Source: an uncultured bacterium
Lineage (GTDB): Bacteria; Poribacteria; WGA-4E; WGA-3G
Reading direction: 5' to 3'
Length of the DNA stretch: 64,000 nt
NCBI GenBank assembly: GCA_964593655.1
Contig: CAZQIP010000206.1
Span: forward strand, 16,963-80,962
Below are positions 49,112-57,431 of this stretch, one piece after another (position 1 is the first letter of the stretch; every line of letters starts with the position of its first letter). The notes under the pieces were generated by a model. The model was not told the DNA's origin. It made no database searches and was given only the letters and a program-made list of their open reading frames with translations. The position numbers were made by a program, and so were the translations under genes.

Positions 49112-49440
49112 ACTGCGCGCGTTTAGACTTTTGCGTGCGTTTCTTAAATCCGCACTCCACTTCGTTAGGTGCTACGGGTTTTGAAACGTTTTAGACAGAA
49201 TTCACACAACATCACGGACTACCACCACGCGATGGGGTTTTTTAATAGAAACCGCACTTACCAATGCATTGTGTAAGTCCTAATTATCAGCGTCCGTTTT
49301 GAAGTAACGCTTACATTATCCAACTTGCGAAGCATCTTAAACCTAATCGCGTAGTCCGTAACGTAGTGGAGGACGGTTCTACGGAGATGAACGTCAAATC
49401 CCAGATCCCGCCTCACCGAACCGCAAGGAATAATTAAAAA

Positions 49441-50892
49441 ATGTTTGATATTACCTATTTAGGACAGCGATGTTTGCGTTTCATTAGACGCTATCCGCGC
49501 ATATCAACAGCAGTAAGTTTGCTGTTGGTTTTCTGTCTCGGCATTTGGGCAGGACGGGCCATTCAGTTTAGCAAAATAACTGACTATTTCCGCTCCTATA
49601 CCGATCCCGAGATGAGCGATGTGACGAAATCAGTTGTGGACGGAATTACGCATCGACAGATATTAGATAACGGTGTGCTGACGAATATCCTTGCTATATC
49701 ACCAGATGCGGCGGATATTCGTCCATATCGTGCGTTGAGTGCGGGCATTGGTACGGAATCGTTGGCATCGCTTGCGCGGCGGCACCATGCATTCGCTGCG
49801 ATAAACGGTGGCTTCTTTGAGATGGTGGGGACGTTCCGCGGAGAGTCTGTCGGTGCGCTGAAAATTGACGGTGAATGGATAAGCGAACCGGAACAAGGTA
49901 GAGCTGTCATCGGATTTAGGACAGTTGATGGGAAAATTGAGACGTACATTGACAGAATCGCCTTACGGCAGGAACTCGTTTTGCCGGGTGGACAGACGTT
50001 GCTAATTGACGGTATGAATCGGAATCGTGGTCGAAATGAATTGATTATTTACCGTCCTCATTTTCACGTAGTGACCTTGACAATGCCGGATGGCGCAGAA
50101 GTCGTTGTGCGAAATGGAAAAGTAACAAATATACACAATGGCCAGGGAAGTCTGCGTATCCCGGCAGATGGCTATGTGCTCTCCGTAAGTGGTAGGAAAC
50201 GCGGCGAACTTTTATCACATATCGCAGCAGGTGATGCGGTGCAGATTCGCGAGATGATAATCCCAGAACGCGTTGGGGATAGTAATTTATGGTCAAGTTT
50301 TGTGCATATTATCGGTGGGGGCCCCTTATTATTACGAGATAAGACTGCCTCTTCCAGGGAAGCATACGAACGCGAAGGATTCGATCAAGCGTTTCATAGT
50401 TTTTGGCATCCGCGTACGGCCATCGGTAAAAAGACAGATGGCACGCTCCTTTTTGTAACAATAACGGCGGCAGAGGCAGGGGTCCGACGGGGTGTTATGT
50501 TGTCGCGGCTCGCGGAATTATTTCTGGAATGGGGTGCAACGGATGCCCTTAATCTTGATGGCGGCAATTCGTCGATGTTAGTCATTCAGGACAAAGTCGT
50601 GAGTGTCAAGCCGAAAGATTCCACTAAGTCTGGATCTGGGGATCAATTAAAACGGATTCCGCGTGGCAAACCGATCCCAGGAAGAGATCAAGGGCAACGG
50701 GTTTCGCGTGATAGACCGGGCAGAGCATCTGGGGATCAACCCGAACAGGTTTCGCGTAGTAAACCGATTCCAGAAAAGGCGCGAGCCGCGCGGAACACGA
50801 AGGGGGCTCGCGGGAATCGTCGAATTCGTCCGATGCCACAGCAACAAGGACGTGCAATTGCAGATGCAATCTTGATTTTTTTGAAGCCTTAG
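49441..50892 (+). CDS. Phosphodiester glycosidase (DUF2233/NAGPA-like) family protein with N-terminal TM anchor and basic repetitive tail
   Basis: 483 aa. AINGGFFE and ALNLDGGNSSMLV motifs. C-terminal tail GDQLKRIPRGKPIPGRDQGQRVSRDRPGRASGDQPEQVSRSKPIPEK is encoded by an imperfect ~93-nt tandem repeat. Confidence 0.65.
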   Translation: MFDITYLGQRCLRFIRRYPRISTAVSLLLVFCLGIWAGRAIQFSKITDYFRSYTDPEMSDVTKSVVDGITHRQILDNGVLTNILAISPDAADIRPYRALSAGIGTESLASLARRHHAFAAINGGFFEMVGTFRGESVGALKIDGEWISEPEQGRAVIGFRTVDGKIETYIDRIALRQELVLPGGQTLLIDGMNRNRGRNELIIYRPHFHVVTLTMPDGAEVVVRNGKVTNIHNGQGSLRIPADGYVLSVSGRKRGELLSHIAAGDAVQIREMIIPERVGDSNLWSSFVHIIGGGPLLLRDKTASSREAYEREGFDQAFHSFWHPRTAIGKKTDGTLLFVTITAAEAGVRRGVMLSRLAELFLEWGATDALNLDGGNSSMLVIQDKVVSVKPKDSTKSGSGDQLKRIPRGKPIPGRDQGQRVSRDRPGRASGDQPEQVSRSKPIPEKARAARNTKGARGNRRIRPMPQQQGRAIADAILIFLKP

Positions 50893-51043
50893 GTTATAAT
50901 AGAGTTAGGAATACTTCAAATACAATAAATCGTTGTGGACAAATATCATCTGTAGACCGACACAAATGTTCGATGCCAAGTATTGACATGATTTCAAAGC
51001 AAATTGGATTGGAAAAAATAAGTCGGAATAGGAGGAAAAAGCC

Positions 51044-51949
51044 GTGTTAAACAACAATAGAACTCCGGGTGCCATCGAAAAGAAACCTATATCTGGTGTA
51101 GAACCGAAGTCAGATTTACTGTCGCGACGCTCCTTCTTGAAGGGCTCCGTTGGACTTGCGGCCTCTGCGGTCGCTGCAGGCGGGTTAATCTTGCCAGCCG
51201 ATGCCCAATACGGGTTCCGAGAATATATCCCTTACGACGCGGCACGCGACATTCATTACGGCACGCGATACGGAGAGATTGAACACCATTATCCAGAGAT
51301 GAATCCGACGGGTGAGAAGTTCACTTTTGTCCGACTCAAGTATCCGGGTGGCGATTGGTACACAAATATCGTCAACTACTATCGCTGGCCATCAGATCAC
51401 AAATTCACTGAGAAGCTTGCTGAAAATACGACAATTGATGTTGACCTTCGCGAGAACCCGCAATACGTTGACATTGACGACGAGGGTTTATTTGCCTATC
51501 CGTTCCTCTATATGACAGGCCATCGCGGGATTCGGCTTTCCACCGAACAGGTGCGTAAACTGCGAGACTATTTTGAGCGTGGTGGTTTCCTCCACGTTGA
51601 AGATTGTGACGCACGCCTCAACGGTGGGCGCGGCGGTTTGCGTCCACATATCTATGAGATGCTACGTAAGGTCTTTCCTGAAAAGAAGTTGGAACGCTTG
51701 GAGATGAGCCATCCAATTTATCATACACTTTATGACCATGATGAGTACCTCGGCGGCGATAAATTTATTCCGGGTATCTCCGATCACGACGAAGCGATCA
51801 TGGACAACGATCGCGTGATGGTCTACTTCTGTCCGAGTGACCTGAATTGTGCGTGGGAAGGTAGACCGTGCAGCCCAGGTGGTGAGGAGCAGAGAATCTG
51901 GGCATTTAAACAAGGGATGAACGTCGTTGCGTACGCCCTCACAAGGTAA
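51044..51949 (+). CDS. DUF4159-domain protein, Tat signal
   Basis: 301 aa. SRRSFLKGSVGLAASAVAAGG leader; FTFVRLKYPGGDWYTN ... YPFLYMTGHRGIRLSTEQVRKLRDYFERGGFLHVEDC. Confidence 0.75.
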   Translation: MLNNNRTPGAIEKKPISGVEPKSDLLSRRSFLKGSVGLAASAVAAGGLILPADAQYGFREYIPYDAARDIHYGTRYGEIEHHYPEMNPTGEKFTFVRLKYPGGDWYTNIVNYYRWPSDHKFTEKLAENTTIDVDLRENPQYVDIDDEGLFAYPFLYMTGHRGIRLSTEQVRKLRDYFERGGFLHVEDCDARLNGGRGGLRPHIYEMLRKVFPEKKLERLEMSHPIYHTLYDHDEYLGGDKFIPGISDHDEAIMDNDRVMVYFCPSDLNCAWEGRPCSPGGEEQRIWAFKQGMNVVAYALTR

Positions 51950-51960
51950 ATTTAACAAAT

Positions 51961-51986
51961 TTATCAGTTGTCGTTCAACTGATAGC
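51961..51986. repeat. Short hairpin related to family A units
   Basis: TTATCAGTTG-tcgtt-CAACTGATAG. Confidence 0.6.
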
Positions 51987-52009
51987 TGAAAAGGAACGCG
52001 AGGAAAATC

Positions 52010-53893
52010 ATGAAAAGACATTTTAGGCTGACTTGCAAGCAATTTTCAAAATGTACGCTGTTTTGTCTGGTGACGCTGCTCATTTTTCTTGCTTTGCATG
52101 CGAACGCGCAAGAACGGTTTTCAGATGCGGTTGGTCCTGTTACCATTCAAGAAGTAACGGCGATAACACCGCTGGTAGTGCCCTATATCACATGGGGTGG
52201 CGAAGCGGCACTGTTTCATGCCAACGGTGGGTTGACGACCCGTCCGGGTACGATTATGGCAGAACTCGGTATGAATCTTAAGTTGGTGCCGGGTGATAAT
52301 TTTCAGCAGCAGGTCCGCGACTATCTCTCAGGTAAATCGCCCTTCCTACGTGGCACCTTCAGAATGATAGCGCAAGCAAGCGAAGTCGTCGGGAAGGATG
52401 CCCGTACAAAACCTGTCGTTTTTGGGCAGCTGACCTGGTCGGCAGGTGACCATTTCGTTGGACGTTCTAATATCCGAAAAATTTCGGATCTCCGGGGCAA
52501 AAAGATCGCTATCCAAAAGGGTGGGCCGCACGTAGGGATGCTCTATGATATGTTGAAGACGGCTCGGCTTTCAAAATCAAATGTGGAAATTGTTTGGGTG
52601 GACGAATTAACAGGTGCGAATGGACCGGCAGAACGGTTCCGAAACGACACTACTATTGCAGGTTGCTTTGTGATAACGCCCGACATGATTGGATTAACAG
52701 GCGGTCCCGAGAACACCGGTACCGGTGCTGAAGGTACTGTCAAAGGCGCGAGTGTTGTCGTTAGCACTGCGACGCTTTCTCGTTCTATTGCGGACGTTTA
52801 TGCCTGTCGTAAAGATTTCTACGATGCTTACAAACCGTTTGTTGAACGCTTCTTCGCCGGTTATCTGAAGGGTGCCGAAGAGGTTGTGGCTCTCAAAAAA
52901 GCCTACGAAACGAGTGGCTCTCAAAAATACACGCAGCTGCTGACAACGATGCAAAACATCTATGGTAAAGAAGTATTGCCGACACTTGAAGAGGACGCAC
53001 ACGGCTTAATCGCGGATTGCACGTTCGTTGGGCAACCTGGAAATATCGCTTTCTTCAACGATCCAAGTAATACGATTAGCGGCTTTGAAGGCTTCAACAA
53101 AGCAGGATTGGATATGGCTGTGAACTGGGGGTTTGCGAGGCAGCGATATGCGATGATTCCTTCCGATTTAAATTTTAACTCGCCAACCTTTAAGAATCTG
53201 CTGACGACCACCGTGACGGCTCCTACGCAATTGAAACAGACCCGCTTCAAAAAAGAGACGGTTCGTGCGGAGATCGAGTCGTTCAACGAAGACGCTGTAT
53301 TAGACGAAAAGACGCTTATCTCGTTCACAATTCAATTTGATGCGAACCAAGACACATTTAGTGATGCGAAGTACCGAGAAGAATTTGACAGGGTGGTTGA
53401 ATTGGCTTCAAAATATGGGAACGCGGCAGTGGCTATAAAAGGACACAGCGACCCGTCCCGAACCCTGAGCGTCTTGGTGAAAACAGGACTTCAAACAGGT
53501 ATTTTGAAGCGGACGGGTACACGCGGGAACTACAAGTATTTTATGGACGGTAAGCCTTTTAGCTTGGAAAACACCGCGAACTTGATTCGTCTGATTCAAC
53601 AAAAAAAGTTTGACGATGTTAGCAACGTCGAGAGTCCGTACCAAGTGATGCGGGCTGCATTAAAACTCTCCGAGCAGCGCGGTCAAGCGGTTAAAGCGTC
53701 GATTATCAGCTATGCGCGTCGGAAAAACGCACGTATCGATCCGGACCAGATTGTGCCCGTAGGTGTCGGCATTAAAGAGCCTGTTATTGCCAAACCGACG
53801 AGTGCGACTGAAGCGGCAGAAAATCGGCGCGTTGAGTTTGCACTGATTAAAGTTTCAGCGGAAGCCGTTGCAGCCTCTGATTTTGATTTTTGA
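52010..53893 (+). CDS. Secreted fusion protein: NMT1/SsuA-like periplasmic solute-binding domain + OmpA/MotB-like C-terminal peptidoglycan-binding domain
   Basis: 627 aa with signal peptide. SBP-like N-terminal 400 aa. C-terminus AVAIKGHSDPSR ... LSEQRGQAVKASI ... NRRVEFALIKV (OmpA_C-like with an insert). Confidence 0.65.
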   Translation: MKRHFRLTCKQFSKCTLFCLVTLLIFLALHANAQERFSDAVGPVTIQEVTAITPLVVPYITWGGEAALFHANGGLTTRPGTIMAELGMNLKLVPGDNFQQQVRDYLSGKSPFLRGTFRMIAQASEVVGKDARTKPVVFGQLTWSAGDHFVGRSNIRKISDLRGKKIAIQKGGPHVGMLYDMLKTARLSKSNVEIVWVDELTGANGPAERFRNDTTIAGCFVITPDMIGLTGGPENTGTGAEGTVKGASVVVSTATLSRSIADVYACRKDFYDAYKPFVERFFAGYLKGAEEVVALKKAYETSGSQKYTQLLTTMQNIYGKEVLPTLEEDAHGLIADCTFVGQPGNIAFFNDPSNTISGFEGFNKAGLDMAVNWGFARQRYAMIPSDLNFNSPTFKNLLTTTVTAPTQLKQTRFKKETVRAEIESFNEDAVLDEKTLISFTIQFDANQDTFSDAKYREEFDRVVELASKYGNAAVAIKGHSDPSRTLSVLVKTGLQTGILKRTGTRGNYKYFMDGKPFSLENTANLIRLIQQKKFDDVSNVESPYQVMRAALKLSEQRGQAVKASIISYARRKNARIDPDQIVPVGVGIKEPVIAKPTSATEAAENRRVEFALIKVSAEAVAASDFDF

Positions 53894-53952
53894 TAGTTAT
53901 CGGTATTCAGTTATCAGCTATCGGTTACAAGAACGGCTGAAAACTGACAACC
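53893..53952. repeat. Intergenic element, family A
   Basis: ATAGTTATCGGTATTCAGTTATCAGCTATCGGTTACAAGAACGGCTGAAAACTGACAACC. Confidence 0.65.
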
Positions 53953-53974
53953 ACTTCCCGGATAGGGTCTTTTT

Positions 53975-54913
53975 ATGAAACGCATTATAACTGCCAACTC
54001 TGGCATGCTATTTACTCTGCTACTGGGTCTATTCATCTTCGGTCTCCACATTTGCAATGCTGACGATGACATTCATAAAGATAACATCGTTGTGATCCTT
54101 GATGCCTCCGGTTCAATGCAGGATAAGTTTAGTGGCGACCGGACGAAATCGAAGATGGAAGCGGCGAAGGCAGCATTACAAGAAGTGCTTTCTAAAGTTC
54201 CAGACGATACACAGATCGGATTGCTGGTGTTCAGCGGTGCCAACATCCAGAGTGACTGGGTGTACCCATTAGGACCGAAGGACACGCAAAAACTGATAGC
54301 AGCCATCCATTTACCGCAACCGAGTGGGAACACGCCCTTAGGGAAATATATCCGAATTGGGGCAAACCGCCTCCTTGACCAACGCGAAAGACAGTACAAC
54401 TACGGAAACTATCGGTTGTTAGTTGTCACGGATGGTGAGGCTTCAGATACTGATAAAGTCAAGTACTACACGCCTGAAATCCTCAACCGTCAGATTCGTA
54501 TTGATGTTATTGGTGTTGATATGAAGACCGATCACATGTTGGCAAAGGTCGTGGATAGCTACCGCAAGGCAGATAATCCGGGGGAGTTAGTGGCAGCGGT
54601 GTCAGAAATTCTTGCGGAAACCGGCGATACAGGTACAGATGTTGGCGGCGAAGATGCTTTTGAATATATTGCGCCACTTTCGTCGGAAATCGCTGCGGAT
54701 TTGATTCAGCGGCTCACAACGCCGCCGAGTAATGCGTCAATCGCTGTAAAGCAGGCAGCGGTGGCACCGACACGAACAACACCGCCGAGAAAGGCACCGA
54801 CACCACAGCCACGTGATACTGACTTTAGATCGGGGCGAGGCACCGTATGGTTTGTTGTAGTTCTGATTGTGTTATCCGTTATCGGTTTCTTGATTTTCAG
54901 AAATAGGAAGTAG
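53975..54913 (+). CDS. VWA-domain protein, secreted with C-terminal TM anchor
   Basis: 312 aa. MIDAS VILDASGSM ... SGNTPLG ... VVTDGEASD. Pro-rich stalk and C-terminal helix VWFVVVLIVLSVIGFLIF. Confidence 0.8.
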   Translation: MKRIITANSGMLFTLLLGLFIFGLHICNADDDIHKDNIVVILDASGSMQDKFSGDRTKSKMEAAKAALQEVLSKVPDDTQIGLLVFSGANIQSDWVYPLGPKDTQKLIAAIHLPQPSGNTPLGKYIRIGANRLLDQRERQYNYGNYRLLVVTDGEASDTDKVKYYTPEILNRQIRIDVIGVDMKTDHMLAKVVDSYRKADNPGELVAAVSEILAETGDTGTDVGGEDAFEYIAPLSSEIAADLIQRLTTPPSNASIAVKQAAVAPTRTTPPRKAPTPQPRDTDFRSGRGTVWFVVVLIVLSVIGFLIFRNRK

Positions 54914-54918
54914 TAACT

Positions 54919-56514
54919 ATGGACGCTGGCAAGAAAAAACGCATCATCATCATGGTAGCGAGCTGGCTCGTTATTATTGGAGTCATCGGGTTAGTTTATA
55001 AGTTCGTCGTTGAACCGTGGATCCGAGGCGATCTTGTCAAAGAGACGAGCACGCAACGTTACGCCCATAACATCAAGGTAGCCCACGACTCGTTTCCCGG
55101 ATATGCGATACTCCGTTCTCCAGCTGTTCAGAATCTTCTGGATCGTCAAGGGGTTAAACTGACGTTCGTTGACGATAAAGCCGATTATGTAGGACGGATA
55201 CGCGCGCTGAAAAGTGGTAAGGTTCAGATGGCGGTTTTCACGATTGATGCCTACCTTAAGGCGGGCAGTGTTATCGGTGAGTTCCCGGGTTCAATTGTCC
55301 TCGTGATTGACGAATCTAAAGGTGCGGATGCGATTGTTGCGTATAAGCGAAGTGTTCCGCAAATACCGAATTTGAGTAATCCGCGGGCGCGTATCGTGCT
55401 GACCCCGGATTCGCCGAGTGAAACGCTTGCTCGAATTATGATCAACAAGATGAGCCTACCGAGTTTGCCTTCTTCGTGGGCAGTTGAGACAAACGGTGCT
55501 GAAGATGCCTATAAGAAACTTAAGTCCGCTGATCCAGATGAGCCATACGCTTATGTTATTTGGGAACCTTATGTGACGAAAGCCCTTGCGATCGAAGGTG
55601 TGCATCTGCTGTTAGATAGTTCAAAACTCAAGGGTTATATCGTTGATGTATTAGTGGTTCAGCGCGAATTTTTGGATTCACAACGCGAACTCGTCACGCA
55701 CGTTGTGCAAGCGTATCTTCGGGCAAACTACGACTACAATAACCAACCCGATGGGTTAGCGGCTTTGATTCAATCGGATGCGAAGCAGTATGGCGACTCG
55801 CTAAACCGAAATGAGACGGATAAGTTAGTAAAAGGAATTGAATGGCGTAACACGGTTGAAAATTATGCGCATTTCGGTGTAATTCCCTCAGCAGAGGCAA
55901 AAGGTGCGGAGAGACTCGAAGCGATGATCGCTAAAATTACACAGGTGCTGGTGCAGACGAATTCCATCTCTACCGATCCAGTGTCAGGCAATTACGAGCA
56001 GCTATTCTTTGAGGGCATTTTGCGGTCCCTACACCACGATAAGTTTCATCCGGGTATGCTGAATGCAAGCGGTAATGACGGGTTAGACGGCATATTCGTT
56101 GGCTCAACTCCAATGGAACAGGTTCGAGAAGAAGCAGCACTGAATCCGCTTTCAGCTGCGAATTGGAATTCGCTCGCGCCTGTGGCGGCGATGAAAGTTG
56201 AACCGATCCAATTCGGGCGCGGGAATGCTCGGATTCTTCCAGGTAGTAATCGGGCACTGCAAGAACTGGCTGCAAGTTTGAAATCGTTCCCACAGTACTA
56301 CCTCAGAGTTGTAGGGCACACGCGCGAAGAGGGGGACCCGGCGGCGAATCGGGTTCTTGCCTTACAACGTGCTGAGGCGGCGGCAGCATCTTTGAGAAAT
56401 TTTGGTATTGCTAACCACCGCATCCGTGCCATAGCGAGCGATCAGACCTCCCCGCAAATGCGGGGTGCAGCCGCACAAAGCGTTACATTCGAGCTTCTTG
56501 GAAAACCGTATTGA
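54919..56514 (+). CDS. Membrane-anchored solute-binding-like domain + OmpA-like C-terminal domain protein
   Basis: 531 aa. N-terminal TM IIIMVASWLVIIGVIGLVY. C-terminus YYLRVVGHTREEGDPAANRVLALQRAEAAAASL (OmpA_C-like). 5-nt gap from the upstream VWA gene. Confidence 0.6.
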   Translation: MDAGKKKRIIIMVASWLVIIGVIGLVYKFVVEPWIRGDLVKETSTQRYAHNIKVAHDSFPGYAILRSPAVQNLLDRQGVKLTFVDDKADYVGRIRALKSGKVQMAVFTIDAYLKAGSVIGEFPGSIVLVIDESKGADAIVAYKRSVPQIPNLSNPRARIVLTPDSPSETLARIMINKMSLPSLPSSWAVETNGAEDAYKKLKSADPDEPYAYVIWEPYVTKALAIEGVHLLLDSSKLKGYIVDVLVVQREFLDSQRELVTHVVQAYLRANYDYNNQPDGLAALIQSDAKQYGDSLNRNETDKLVKGIEWRNTVENYAHFGVIPSAEAKGAERLEAMIAKITQVLVQTNSISTDPVSGNYEQLFFEGILRSLHHDKFHPGMLNASGNDGLDGIFVGSTPMEQVREEAALNPLSAANWNSLAPVAAMKVEPIQFGRGNARILPGSNRALQELAASLKSFPQYYLRVVGHTREEGDPAANRVLALQRAEAAAASLRNFGIANHRIRAIASDQTSPQMRGAAAQSVTFELLGKPY

Positions 56515-56516
56515 GG

Positions 56517-56624
56517 GATAGTTTCCAGTTTCCAGTTCTCAGTTTCCAGTTAAAGAGGGTGTTTCCCATGATTTAATTACAACGCTCTTGTAACTGGTTA
56601 CTGGTTACTGGTTACTGATAACTT
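56517..56624. repeat. Intergenic palindromic element, family A (long form with tandem heptamers)
   Basis: Left arm GTTTCCAGTTTCCAGTTCTCAGTTTCCAGTTAAAG. Core AGAGGGTGTTTCCCATGATTTAA. Right arm CTCTTGTAACTGGTTACTGGTTACTGGTTACTGATAACT. Confidence 0.85.
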
Positions 56625-56634
56625 ATAAAAGAAA

Positions 56635-57414
56635 TTGATTGATAGGAAATTGTTTCGGAAGAAATTCCTCCTCCATCTTCTTGGCAACTCTTATGTTATC
56701 TTCCCTTTTGCCGCGGGATGCTCTATCGCTTTTGCATCTTGGATATTCAATTTAGAACCGAAAATTCTTTATCTATTCGGGAGTGCGATCCTCAGCATTT
56801 TGGTGCCTATTGGGACTTTAATTAGTAAATGGGCAACCGGTACAGACGATATTGCCAAACAAGTTCACACTGAGATTCTTCAGGAAGTCCAACATAAGCA
56901 AGAGGAAGAACTCAACACTCTACACGAACAACTTGAGGCGGATGGCGATGCTCGAACAGAAACAATGCTTGGAGAACTTCGCGCCTTGCACACATCGTTT
57001 CAGGAGGAAGCCGGTAGCGATGGATGGATGGGAACGTTGCCTATTACCGTTAGAGCCGACATTACGAACAAAGTTTCTGAACTCTTTACACAAGCCGTAC
57101 AGTGTTTGAAGGATACGCTTAAAATGCACCAAAAATCAACAGGGACGCAATTGGGAACCACGGTCAAAAGCGTGCTTCAACAACATCGGGAACAACAGAT
57201 TAAAGACGTTCAGCAGACGATTGTCCAACTCTCACACCTCTACGCTCGGGTGCTCACACTCAATCCTGAAAGCGATGAGACAGAACTCACCCGTCTTCGC
57301 ACTGAACTCGACGAGAGCCTCACTTTTGCAAAACAGGTCGATGCAAAGATACGTGAATTAACACCCTTACATGATAATCCTGCAGCCCTTGAAACAAAAA
57401 ATGAAGAACAATAG
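56635..57414 (+). CDS. Hypothetical membrane protein with two TM helices and a long coiled-coil
   Basis: 259-aa ORF with an alternative (TTG) start. Hydrophobic N-terminus followed by heptad-rich acidic helices. Confidence 0.5.
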   Translation: MIDRKLFRKKFLLHLLGNSYVIFPFAAGCSIAFASWIFNLEPKILYLFGSAILSILVPIGTLISKWATGTDDIAKQVHTEILQEVQHKQEEELNTLHEQLEADGDARTETMLGELRALHTSFQEEAGSDGWMGTLPITVRADITNKVSELFTQAVQCLKDTLKMHQKSTGTQLGTTVKSVLQQHREQQIKDVQQTIVQLSHLYARVLTLNPESDETELTRLRTELDESLTFAKQVDAKIRELTPLHDNPAALETKNEEQ

Positions 57415-57431
57415 AAAAAATAAAGAAAAGG

